Shown piece after piece: positions 15,481-23,794 of a stretch of 39,388 bases of DNA (position 1 is its first letter; every line of letters begins with the position of its first letter). The notes below the pieces were generated by a model. It saw only the letters and a program-made list of their open reading frames with translations, was not told the DNA's origin and made no database searches. The translations under genes and the position numbers were made by a program. Origin of the DNA: a virus; the IMG/VR virus record IMGVR_UViG_3300027852_000025, positions 1 to 39,388 of that record, one strand, 5' to 3'.

Positions 15481-16213
15481 GATTGATACCTAGCATTTGA
15501 TAGTTAACTTTCATGTATTCGCCATTTGTAACAACAGCATCAGGATGTATTTTAAGCACTTCTTGAGCTATTACTCCGAAAGAATCACCAAATAAGCCTA
15601 GTGAATTTGCTATCTTATTCCATGTCCACGAGTAAATATTATGGCCTTTTTCTGATCCTATTTTATTTACGTTTTCTTTTAGCCTGTTATCTGACGCAAA
15701 TATCGCAGCTCCACCCAAAGTCGTGCCTAATCCTGCTATATTTGCAGCGCCCTGCTGACCAGCACTAGCTGCCCCCACTTTCCCAGCAGCTATAGCGGCT
15801 GCCGCGTCTGTTTCAAGTCCACCTTGAGCCGCCGCCGTGCCTGAACCTATATTCAATAGATCGGCTATGCTTGTTTTTTGGCTTTGTATAAGAGGGCTAG
15901 CAGCCAGTAAAACATTATTACTTAGCTGTTGGAGCGTATCACCAGCGCTTAACCTGCCACTAGCTGCCGCTGATTGATTTGTTTGTGTATTAGCGTTTTG
16001 TAATGCAAGATCAAATAAAGGATTATTTTGCAAGAAATCAAATTGTTGTTGCGGGTCTGTTAAAAATCCAGCCTGCTCTATTCCGCCTAAACCTAACTCT
16101 CTAAATGGCTCGAATCTTTGGGCAGCCGCTTCAGCCGCTTCAGCCTGTAATTCAGCTCCTTGTAATGTAGCGCTCGCTACACCTGACCCCGTTAATTTTC
16201 TGACAAAACCCAT
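15470..16213 (-). CDS. Virion protein with C-terminal peptidase-S74 intramolecular chaperone domain
   Basis: SDNRLKENVNKIG...YSWTWN...GVIAQEVLKIHPDAV...VNYQMLG is the self-cleaving chaperone signature (S-D-x-R-L-K) known from endosialidases and tail fibres. The N-terminal 170 aa are Ala/Gly/Gln-rich. Confidence 0.65.
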   Translation of the reverse strand: MGFVRKLTGSGVASATLQGAELQAEAAEAAAQRFEPFRELGLGGIEQAGFLTDPQQQFDFLQNNPLFDLALQNANTQTNQSAAASGRLSAGDTLQQLSNNVLLAASPLIQSQKTSIADLLNIGSGTAAAQGGLETDAAAAIAAGKVGAASAGQQGAANIAGLGTTLGGAAIFASDNRLKENVNKIGSEKGHNIYSWTWNKIANSLGLFGDSFGVIAQEVLKIHPDAVVTNGEYMKVNYQMLGINHGG

Positions 16214-16653
16214 TAATTCATCCTCATAATAACAACATCATGTTTTACATCGTTTTTGATGTAATCGTTTTTGATGCTTCCAGTCTCAATAAATCCAAAC
16301 TCTTTAGCAAAACTAATAACGTTTGGGTAACATTCTGGAATTTCGGAATAAATAATGGCGTTTTTAGCTTCACCGAACTTTAAAGCTATTCGCGCAAACT
16401 CTCTTGCATATTCTTTTCGGTATTCAGGCAACACTTGAATGTGTAATTCAATACCTTTATTGTTAGTATGATAAATCATTATAGCTATAATGTCATTATC
16501 TACATAACCCGCTATATATTGGTATTCATTGCTTATTGGTATTTCTATATTTTCAACCGCTGGACTATTGTCATCATTGATTAGATCGTATATTTCTGGA
16601 TGACATAGAACTTTTTTTATATGCTCTATATTGGTTATTTCTCTTACCATCAT
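16213..16653 (-). CDS. GNAT-like acetyltransferase-fold protein (146 aa)
   Basis: The pattern ...IAIMIYH...ELHIQVLPEYRKEYAREFARIAL...AKEFGFIETG follows GNAT beta4-alpha3 and C-terminal motifs, but the Q/RxxGxG/A loop is degenerate. The ATG at 16653 overlaps the upstream stop as TGATG. Confidence 0.45.
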   Translation of the reverse strand: MMVREITNIEHIKKVLCHPEIYDLINDDNSPAVENIEIPISNEYQYIAGYVDNDIIAIMIYHTNNKGIELHIQVLPEYRKEYAREFARIALKFGEAKNAIIYSEIPECYPNVISFAKEFGFIETGSIKNDYIKNDVKHDVVIMRMN

Positions 16654-16892
16654 CAAAATAGACTATCTAGTAGTGCAATAGCATTATTAAGCTCTAATTG
16701 TGTATCAAAGTTTAGCCTATCTCTAACGCTGCCTATTCCTAATTCAATGAAATATCCTCCATTTGAGGCGTCATGGTAGCTAAAAATATTAGCTATAATA
16801 CATCTTTTTTCAACTCCGTTGTTGTCAGTATAGACCAGTAATTTATCTGATGCGCCGCCTATAGCTAAAGTGGTCAAATTTCCTCCCCCCAT
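16653..16892 (-). CDS. Hypothetical virion-module protein (79 aa)
   Basis: ATG ORF overlapping both neighbours by a few nt. Confidence 0.55.
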   Translation of the reverse strand: MGGGNLTTLAIGGASDKLLVYTDNNGVEKRCIIANIFSYHDASNGGYFIELGIGSVRDRLNFDTQLELNNAIALLDSLF

Positions 16893-18205
16893 TCTATAAC
16901 AGCGTCAACAGTTGCATTGCCTGTGTATGTAATAATAACAATATCTCCATGAGTCAGATAAAAATCAATAGTATCTCGACTTGGATTGTCAACAAATGTC
17001 GATGAGTTTGCCTCTACTTTGAACTCTGTAGTCTGCACAGCATTAGCGGCCACTATAGCGGTTGCAGCAGTATCAACCTCGACAAACGAGCCATTACCTA
17101 TTGCCGCGAATGCTTCGCCAGTCAATGAAGCAAGGGTGTTTGATTGCCACACCTTGACAGTAACTCGCGCTGTAGAACTTGCAGTTACTCGTGCAAACCT
17201 TAAATCTCTAGTGTTGATCTTTGTGTTAATAGTAAGCGGATTATAGATAGAAACTATAGGATAATCTGTATTATTGCCGCCCTGAGAGCCTATTGCCGAG
17301 CCATATTGCTCACGCCCTGATTTTCCGCCTTCAGAAGTTATATCCACGCAACCAGCAAGAAGTGACACATCTTGTGTAGCGCCTTTTGTGCATTTATACG
17401 ATGCTGGTAAAGCAGGATTTTCAATAGTTAAAGTCGTTAGCGTGCCTAGTAATGACAGCGTATGAACAAGCTGTAAGTTTATAAAGAATTTATAATTACC
17501 GACACCGCGCCATTGATACTGAATGTCGTAAACATTGCCTTTAGTTAAATCAAAACCAATTACGCTAGAAGTGTTGATTAGCTCCTCTACATCTGCCGCA
17601 CCGCCTGACCGTCTAACGGAATACAACAAACCATCTGCTTTTACCCTGAAGAAAATACCATTCTCATCATTGAATAAACCAAAGTCTACTTCTCCATCAT
17701 TCCCAGCGCCTGGAATAATAACGGCAGTTGAGTATAAGTGACCTCTATTTGGCTGATAACGTGGATGCCTACGGCTATGAACCTCAACTGTGCTAACTAC
17801 ATTTGCATCTGAGGTATCTAATACCAAAGCACCGTTTGCACTATACATCCCATTAGCGTCTGCCGCTGTTAAGGCTGTTTCAGCAACTCCGTTAAGCTCT
17901 GCCGACCACATAGAAGGCGAGATATCGAACGTCCACAAGCCATGAAATAAACTCTGATCTAACGATGCTTTTGGTCTACCCCATGCATCAAGGGTAATAT
18001 CACCTGCACCCCACACAATATCTAAGGGAGCGCCATCAGTATCAACCGTGATAGATGCACCACCATCATCGACTGTTATAGATCCTCCGCCATCATCAAC
18101 CGTGATAGAGTTTCCACCATCCTCAATAACAAAGCCAGTGCCGAACTTTTGCTCAACTAAAACAGCATCTTTTAAAATATTTAATGGTAACAGTATTAAG
18201 CTCAT
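16874..18205 (-). CDS. Virion structural protein (443 aa) with N-terminal 9-aa tandem repeats
   Basis: The ATG at 18205 is ATGA-coupled to the upstream stop. The track start at 18217 is GTG. Contains the ITVDDGGxS repeats. Confidence 0.6.
   Translation of the reverse strand: MSLILLPLNILKDAVLVEQKFGTGFVIEDGGNSITVDDGGGSITVDDGGASITVDTDGAPLDIVWGAGDITLDAWGRPKASLDQSLFHGLWTFDISPSMWSAELNGVAETALTAADANGMYSANGALVLDTSDANVVSTVEVHSRRHPRYQPNRGHLYSTAVIIPGAGNDGEVDFGLFNDENGIFFRVKADGLLYSVRRSGGAADVEELINTSSVIGFDLTKGNVYDIQYQWRGVGNYKFFINLQLVHTLSLLGTLTTLTIENPALPASYKCTKGATQDVSLLAGCVDITSEGGKSGREQYGSAIGSQGGNNTDYPIVSIYNPLTINTKINTRDLRFARVTASSTARVTVKVWQSNTLASLTGEAFAAIGNGSFVEVDTAATAIVAANAVQTTEFKVEANSSTFVDNPSRDTIDFYLTHGDIVIITYTGNATVDAVIEWGEEI
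18026..18133 (-). repeat. Four imperfect tandem 27-nt (9-aa) coding repeats
   Basis: The protein reads IEDGGNS-ITVDDGGGS-ITVDDGGAS-ITVDTDGAP. On the + strand the same period shows as accgtgatagat...gactgttatagat...aaccgtgatagag. Confidence 0.8.
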
Positions 18206-18642
18206 GTTCCTATCCACACGTTTTGGCTAATAGTGGTGAATTGTATAGACATAAACTTCTGATTCATAATCACACAAGGCTCCCCAAAAACAGTATCACC
18301 ACTGCCAGAAGTGACTGTCACATCAAAAGTTGCGTCCAATATTGCAACGTCTACAGTTTCCCCGACAGTATCACTAGTTATAGAAGGAAGAATTATCTCT
18401 ACTGGAGCCGTGTCAGCCTCAACTATTATTAACGCACCATAAGCAGATGAATCAAGCGTTAAATCATTACCCGCTATTATAACCACCTGCTTTCCTGCTA
18501 CTGCATCGCGAGAACCGCCTGACCTCTGCCATAATTGGAACAGAATAGTATTCTGCCTTTCAAAATATGACCTTACTTCAGGGTCATTAAAAAACTTATC
18601 TGGAATTTTTAATTGCGGAGGCGGATTGACTAGAACGCTCAT
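18202..18642 (-). CDS. Hypothetical virion-module protein (146 aa)
   Basis: ATG ORF overlapping the upstream gene by 4 nt. Confidence 0.6.
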   Translation of the reverse strand: MSVLVNPPPQLKIPDKFFNDPEVRSYFERQNTILFQLWQRSGGSRDAVAGKQVVIIAGNDLTLDSSAYGALIIVEADTAPVEIILPSITSDTVGETVDVAILDATFDVTVTSGSGDTVFGEPCVIMNQKFMSIQFTTISQNVWIGT

Positions 18643-20069
18643 CTGCCTGCTAGCCTTAAGTCAATGGCAGCAGAATATAGATTAAACGCGACAGGATCTG
18701 ATGTGGTTAACCTAACTGTCATATCATAAAAGCTTTTCATGCTATACCATTCTGCTTTTATATTAAATTCGCCCTGCCTACCTATCCTCATCCATGTTCC
18801 CTCATCCCATGACCTCCCGCCATCGTATGAGGCTTCTATCATAATCATAGGATCATCACCTTGCCCAGAAACTAACCCTGTTCCTGTCTCAATAATGAAT
18901 TCCATACGGCTCATCTGAACCCGTTGTCCTTTTTGGCCTAAGAAATCACCGTTTACAGTGCCGATCACTCTTCTTCTGCGCCAAACCTCACCAGCCTGAT
19001 TATATGTATCAAAATCCAGCGCATTAAGATTTCCATTGGATCTATCGCCGATAATTACCTTTCCATATATATTAAGCACTGATCCGGCATTATATCTTCC
19101 GCTAGTGAGGCCCTCTGATAACTCAAACCAGCCATTTAATCCAAGCTCTTCAATTAAACACCAGGTCTTATTAGCGGTTGGAAATGTCAATATATAAATA
19201 CTTTTATTATCAATCGTACATATTTCGCCAAAAGCATCACTTGTAAAAGAATAGCTCTGTATTGCCCCAGCTATTGCCGCCGTGCTTATTGCTTGCTCTT
19301 GTCCGCCTCTAGCTCTGTAAACCTGCAAGTCAGAGCCCAACCAATAAATAAACTCTTTCGAGTTATTAACAGACCACTTAGCGGATAACCCTATATTTAT
19401 TATTTGCCCCTCTATTCTACTGAATGGCGGCGTACCAACCCCAGAGTTATACCAGTTCTCACACGTTCTATCTCCAAATCTATATAAAATCTGGTCAAAA
19501 ACATAATCTCTTACTAGTTCATCTGGGCTACTCTCTGCATTTACTGCATTAAGACTTGATGCGGAAGCGCCATTACCAACATCACTAAAAACAGTAAGAT
19601 TAGAAAAAGTATAAGCAAATTGATTGTTAATAAAATCAACAGACAAAGCTCCAACAATACTAGAATCTGTAACCACAGTGATTAGATTTGTTGAATTACT
19701 ATATTGATATACTTTTTTATGAGTGACAATGTACATATTGACGCCATCATCTGCAAAAATGCAGCGCTCATACCCAACAATTGTGCCTCTATCTATATGA
19801 GTTCCATCTGACAAGAACTCATATAATGTCTCACCAACGACTCTATATCCGACCTCTATCATTTGGTGCATTCCGCGATCAATTCCAGCTGTTACGCTAC
19901 CTAAGTTTTTCTGACCAGGGAATGACTTAATCACATACTTGTCTTTTCCAGACTCTAAAACTTCGTGGTAAAAACCACGGGTTTCCTGAGATGACAAAGG
20001 TCTTGATCTGTCTAAATATGACGGGCCCGTTATGTTAACTGGAACGGTCTGGAATTGAGACTCGGCCAT
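18639..20069 (-). CDS. Virion structural protein (476 aa), tail/adaptor region
   Basis: ATG ORF with its start 1 nt from the upstream stop. Function not assignable by eye. Confidence 0.55.
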   Translation of the reverse strand: MAESQFQTVPVNITGPSYLDRSRPLSSQETRGFYHEVLESGKDKYVIKSFPGQKNLGSVTAGIDRGMHQMIEVGYRVVGETLYEFLSDGTHIDRGTIVGYERCIFADDGVNMYIVTHKKVYQYSNSTNLITVVTDSSIVGALSVDFINNQFAYTFSNLTVFSDVGNGASASSLNAVNAESSPDELVRDYVFDQILYRFGDRTCENWYNSGVGTPPFSRIEGQIINIGLSAKWSVNNSKEFIYWLGSDLQVYRARGGQEQAISTAAIAGAIQSYSFTSDAFGEICTIDNKSIYILTFPTANKTWCLIEELGLNGWFELSEGLTSGRYNAGSVLNIYGKVIIGDRSNGNLNALDFDTYNQAGEVWRRRRVIGTVNGDFLGQKGQRVQMSRMEFIIETGTGLVSGQGDDPMIMIEASYDGGRSWDEGTWMRIGRQGEFNIKAEWYSMKSFYDMTVRLTTSDPVAFNLYSAAIDLRLAGR

Positions 20070-20698
20070 TATGGTGTAGAGCCTTCTATTCGCATAACCG
20101 GCGCTGGGCCATAACGCCCCAACTTATCTTTGTTGTTAGCCCCGCGTATTGCATTTATGAAATCTTGATAGTAAGTCGCTGCTGATTGCGGCTGCTCTGT
20201 ATGCTTTTTTAGCGCCCACATGGCGCCAAACAGGTAAATAGTAGGGAAGTTTGTCAGTACATCGTTTGTAGTATTTGAAGATGATAATACTGTAAAGTCT
20301 TTATAATACTGGATCTCACCTGCATAAACTTGATCTGAAACTCTATCAAATTCTATCTGGTCGGTGATAGTAAAGAACTGTGGCAACCCAACATCACTTA
20401 AGATATTCAATTGACTCGGTGTTCTATATCTTAACTCATAAGATTCGCCGTTAACTATCTGTATTCGTAGCTTACGAGCTGATTGATAGCCTGTAGGCAA
20501 CGCTACAAACCTATCAGATGTGTTAGTAGCAAAAGCCGTTAAAGTCTCCTCTGATCTTAATTGAAGAGGCTCAACGGTATTGGCTAACATTTCAGACTCA
20601 GCAAGATCAATAAAAGTATCAATCTTTAAATCCAAGCCATCACGGTGAGACCAGTCTATAATTTCAGCTTTTAAACCAGTGTAATCTGCTAATGACAT
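20069..20698 (-). CDS. Virion structural protein (209 aa), possible head-tail adaptor
   Basis: ATG ORF downstream of the capsid genes. The call rests on position only. Confidence 0.45.
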   Translation of the reverse strand: MSLADYTGLKAEIIDWSHRDGLDLKIDTFIDLAESEMLANTVEPLQLRSEETLTAFATNTSDRFVALPTGYQSARKLRIQIVNGESYELRYRTPSQLNILSDVGLPQFFTITDQIEFDRVSDQVYAGEIQYYKDFTVLSSSNTTNDVLTNFPTIYLFGAMWALKKHTEQPQSAATYYQDFINAIRGANNKDKLGRYGPAPVMRIEGSTP

Positions 20699-20714
20699 TA
20701 TCCCACCTTATTAA

Positions 20715-20945
20715 TTAATCTTCTTGTTCGGGTTCTTGCTCTTCTTGTTCTGTGGTCTTCTTGCGTCCGTCTACTTTTTCCATCCAAACAGCACTGAATT
20801 GATCTTTAGCGGGAATAACTACGGCCTTTCCCTTTTCGTCTTTTTCTGTTGAATGCTTTATAGGCTTAAGCGTTAGCTCTGTTCCTTCTCTACGCAAAGT
20901 ACCATAGATAAAACCTTTCTGACCTTTTTTAACTTTTACTTTCAT
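20715..20945 (-). CDS. Small protein with acidic C-terminal tail (76 aa)
   Basis: ATG ORF with RBS acggag upstream. The C-terminus is EQEEQEPEQED. Confidence 0.55.
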   Translation of the reverse strand: MKVKVKKGQKGFIYGTLRREGTELTLKPIKHSTEKDEKGKAVVIPAKDQFSAVWMEKVDGRKKTTEQEEQEPEQED

Positions 20946-20961
20946 GCTTTACTCCGTTAGT

Positions 20962-20984
20962 TCTTCCCCCAAAATGAGGGAAGA
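20962..20984 (-). promoter_or_regulatory. 7-bp stem-loop after the capsid-associated gene (no U tract)
   Basis: The minus strand reads TCTTCCC-tcattttgg-GGGAAGA, lying between the stop at 21001 and the RBS of the next gene. It may be an attenuator or an RNA-stability element. Confidence 0.3.
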
Positions 20985-21000
20985 TTATTAACATTACCGA

Positions 21001-21474
21001 TTAAGCGATTGTGAAACCATCAGCATAATCAACAGTAGCGTCTATCGCACTCATAGGAGTTAGATAAGCCGTAACTGTGATTGTTGGAGATGTTCCAGCA
21101 GTCGTATAGCGTATGCCAAGATAACGCTCATCATCACCAGCACCCGTTGGAGGGATAGGGATGGCAAAGCGATAACCGGCAACCAATAGATCAGCATCTT
21201 GAGCAGGAGCGCCAGGCGTTCCAGACTCATAAATACGGCGACCCATAGTCACATAACCAGATGTTTGAGCAGCAACGGATGAATATTCAACATCAAATGT
21301 GTAATCCTCATCACCTGTTGTCTGATCAGCAGCTACATCAACAACGAATAAAACCGCCATTGCTTCACCGTTACCAATTGACTGAGCAACGCCCAAATCA
21401 ATCACGTTTGTACCTACCGCCGTAGCTGTAACAGCCTGCGCGTCCGATAGTAATAGTTGTGAATCTACATACAT
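21001..21474 (-). CDS. Capsid-associated protein (157 aa), possible decoration/cement protein
   Basis: Lies immediately downstream of the major capsid gene. Ala/Thr/Gly/Val-rich and beta-looking. The call rests on position and composition. Confidence 0.4.
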   Translation of the reverse strand: MYVDSQLLLSDAQAVTATAVGTNVIDLGVAQSIGNGEAMAVLFVVDVAADQTTGDEDYTFDVEYSSVAAQTSGYVTMGRRIYESGTPGAPAQDADLLVAGYRFAIPIPPTGAGDDERYLGIRYTTAGTSPTITVTAYLTPMSAIDATVDYADGFTIA

Positions 21475-21484
21475 AGTATTCTCC

Positions 21485-22501
21485 TTAAGCCACTACTGCT
21501 TCGGCATTAGTGATACGGTCAACAAGTTTCACGGGAATACCCAGGAACATCATTTGTTGAATGGTTTGGCCAAACTGATTAAGAGCTGGCTCAATAGTAA
21601 CAGCGCCTGAGCTACGATCTAACGCCATAATGCGAAGATGAGAAGCCACTGTTCTATTCACATAGAAGTTAGCATTAGCACCTGGGCCATTAGGCAAATG
21701 ATCAATAGAGCGAGACATAAGCTTGTCTATTGCAGTAGCTGCTGTGATTGCTTGAGTAGTCGCCTTAGCAACCAAATCAGATACATCAATGTTAGGAATT
21801 CGCACAACTTCGCGCCAATCTTTAACAACTAAGCCATTTTTCCACTTCCATTCGTCCATGTATGCGCGGAAACGGTTATTGCTTGCATCGAATGCGTCAC
21901 CTAAACCAAGGTCTTCATGGTCTAAACCAGCACTTGAGCCCTTGGGGAATACACCAAAAACTTTATTTTCACCCCAGTTAACTAGCCAGATTGATGTATT
22001 ATCTGAGCCTGAACCGCCGGCACTGATAATATTCTGAGCATTAGCTGCTGCCAAGTCATTATAGCGAGGTGCAAGACCTACATATTCTTCTGGATTAGCC
22101 GCTGAACCATAAATCAATGTTTCTGCTTGTGCTTGAGACATAGCCTCAACAAAAGCGTCTGCTTCACTCATGCGGTAAGCGTTAACATTACCATTTAGCT
22201 CTGCTTCGTCTTTGTCAATCTCAGATCGCGCAGACAAAATTGCAGCGTTTTCTGTTACCTGAACCTTAGTTGATTTAGATTTCGGTGTGCCTTGATTAAT
22301 CAGGCGGTAGTAAACAGTGGGAAGGCCAGTACGAATACTTGTCTGCTCACCTGTTGGAAGATTACCCTCTTTAAATAACATATCATCGAGGATTCGGTTT
22401 GATTGAGATAGTAATTCAACCGTTTTTGCCACTTTGCCGTCTGGGTCAATACTTTTTGCCCAATCATGCATAGTTAGCACTGTACTTGCGATAGTAGCCA
22501 T
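21485..22501 (-). CDS. Major capsid protein
   Basis: 338 aa, directly after the scaffold-like gene and downstream of the portal, following the standard head-module order. Confidence 0.6.
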   Translation of the reverse strand: MATIASTVLTMHDWAKSIDPDGKVAKTVELLSQSNRILDDMLFKEGNLPTGEQTSIRTGLPTVYYRLINQGTPKSKSTKVQVTENAAILSARSEIDKDEAELNGNVNAYRMSEADAFVEAMSQAQAETLIYGSAANPEEYVGLAPRYNDLAAANAQNIISAGGSGSDNTSIWLVNWGENKVFGVFPKGSSAGLDHEDLGLGDAFDASNNRFRAYMDEWKWKNGLVVKDWREVVRIPNIDVSDLVAKATTQAITAATAIDKLMSRSIDHLPNGPGANANFYVNRTVASHLRIMALDRSSGAVTIEPALNQFGQTIQQMMFLGIPVKLVDRITNAEAVVA

Positions 22502-22530
22502 GTTTTAGCTCCGTTACGTTTCCTTAAAAT

Positions 22531-23430
22531 TTAACTGTTCTGTTTCCCATAAAATACGTCTGCGATGGGAGTTGAATCAGTCGCTTGTTTTGCTTTAGGC
22601 TTTGTCACAACTGGCACTTTTTCACGCTTTTTACTTATCTCACGGCCTTTCTCTTGAAGCTCATCATACTTAGCAGCTTTCAAAATAGTTGTCATGTGAT
22701 GCTCACGTGTAATCTGACTGAACTCTTCTTGAGTAAATCCGGCTTTAACCGCGTAGCTATTCAAAGTAGTCATATCCTTTGTATAAGCTTCTGTTGGCTT
22801 GTTATCGTCATCGAACCATTGCGGGTTAGTTCTAAAGAACTTCGCTTGCTCCTCTACGATAAGTGCTGGATCATCAGCAGGAATATCACGCTCTAACTTA
22901 ACTTTCTCAAGTGCATTTTTGCGTTTATCTGCTAACTCTTTAAGTTCAATGTACCTGTCGGGATCATCTTCCTTCAGCTCTACCCAGTTAATCTCTTCGT
23001 CTTCTGTAACAAGAACTTCTAACAAGTCTCGCATTTCAGAAACTTCTGATTTCGCTTTGAGTAGGTTTTCACGTTCAGTCTCACGCTCTGCATCAAAGGT
23101 TTTACGCTCATCTGACAATGCGGTTGTCTTCTTCGTGTAATCAGATTGCATCAAGTGACCATCACGCCACCTTTTAACGTCATTGAGGTCTATCTCTTCT
23201 CCATCTAATTCGATGAATAAAGACTCCTCTTCTTCGTCTTTGCTTTCTGACTCTTCGGATTCTTCTGATTCCTCAGTCTCTTCCGGTTTATCAAGTTTTT
23301 CCACTTCCTGTTCAGGCGCTTGATCTTCCTGCTTCGTAACTTCGGCTTCTTCGGTTGGCTTTTTAGGCTCCGCTTCGGTCAAGTCATTATAAAACTGGTT
23401 GGCTGGTTCCACTTGTGGATTGTCAGACAT
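22531..23430 (-). CDS. Scaffolding protein
   Basis: 299 aa, very acidic (EETEESEESEESESKDEEEE) with long charged helical stretches. Lies between portal and capsid. Confidence 0.55.
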   Translation of the reverse strand: MSDNPQVEPANQFYNDLTEAEPKKPTEEAEVTKQEDQAPEQEVEKLDKPEETEESEESEESESKDEEEESLFIELDGEEIDLNDVKRWRDGHLMQSDYTKKTTALSDERKTFDAERETERENLLKAKSEVSEMRDLLEVLVTEDEEINWVELKEDDPDRYIELKELADKRKNALEKVKLERDIPADDPALIVEEQAKFFRTNPQWFDDDNKPTEAYTKDMTTLNSYAVKAGFTQEEFSQITREHHMTTILKAAKYDELQEKGREISKKREKVPVVTKPKAKQATDSTPIADVFYGKQNS

Positions 23431-23450
23431 GCTTTATTCCTAAAATTGGT

Positions 23451-23518
23451 TATATAGGTATATTAGCCTATATATAGTTAAATGCCAAATACTTGACGTT
23501 AATTTATTGACGCGTCAA
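23451..23518 (-). promoter_or_regulatory. Regulatory dyads upstream of the scaffold/capsid genes
   Basis: A perfect 12-bp palindrome TTGACGCGTCAA (23507-23518) with another TTGACG at 23493-23498, plus an 8-bp inverted repeat TATATAGG-N8-CCTATATA (23451-23474). Confidence 0.4.
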
Positions 23519-23794
23519 CTATTTGTCTTTATTTGCATCAAGTGTTTGCTGAGCCATCTTGCCAGTTGTTAATAAAGTATTTAAGAAGTCTTCTAGCGCA
23601 TTCATATTTTGCATTGTGCGCCAAGCCTCGTCTCTTTCCTCCTTATCTTCTGCTTTAGATGAGCAAAACTTATTGAATATATCTGTTTTAACTATAAGCA
23701 AAGCCTCTTGATAAGCCTTGTTATTAACTACTTGCTGACCCATAGCAGCAAATGCTACTTCTCGCTTCTCTTGTTCGTGCTGCTCGCTCATCAT
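23519..23794 (-). CDS. Hypothetical head-module protein (91 aa)
   Basis: The ATG overlaps the portal stop as TAATG. Confidence 0.55.
   Translation of the reverse strand: MMSEQHEQEKREVAFAAMGQQVVNNKAYQEALLIVKTDIFNKFCSSKAEDKEERDEAWRTMQNMNALEDFLNTLLTTGKMAQQTLDANKDK

Noticed and set aside
7337-18432. Short ORFs nested in the lysis and tail genes, on the opposite strand or in another frame of the same strand (7337-7546, 8671-8898, 9268-9489, 10828-11175, 11729-11962, 13846-14049, 14346-14537, 14852-15055, 16986-17246, 17535-17741, 18048-18230, 18184-18432)
   Set aside because: All lie wholly inside longer, better-supported ORFs. They lack RBS-like sequences and have skewed low-complexity composition.
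22585-23140. Two + strand ORFs (103 and 113 aa) opposite the scaffold gene
   Set aside because: They are Ser/Phe/Leu-rich mirror frames of the acidic scaffold coding sequence. They are typical antisense artefacts.
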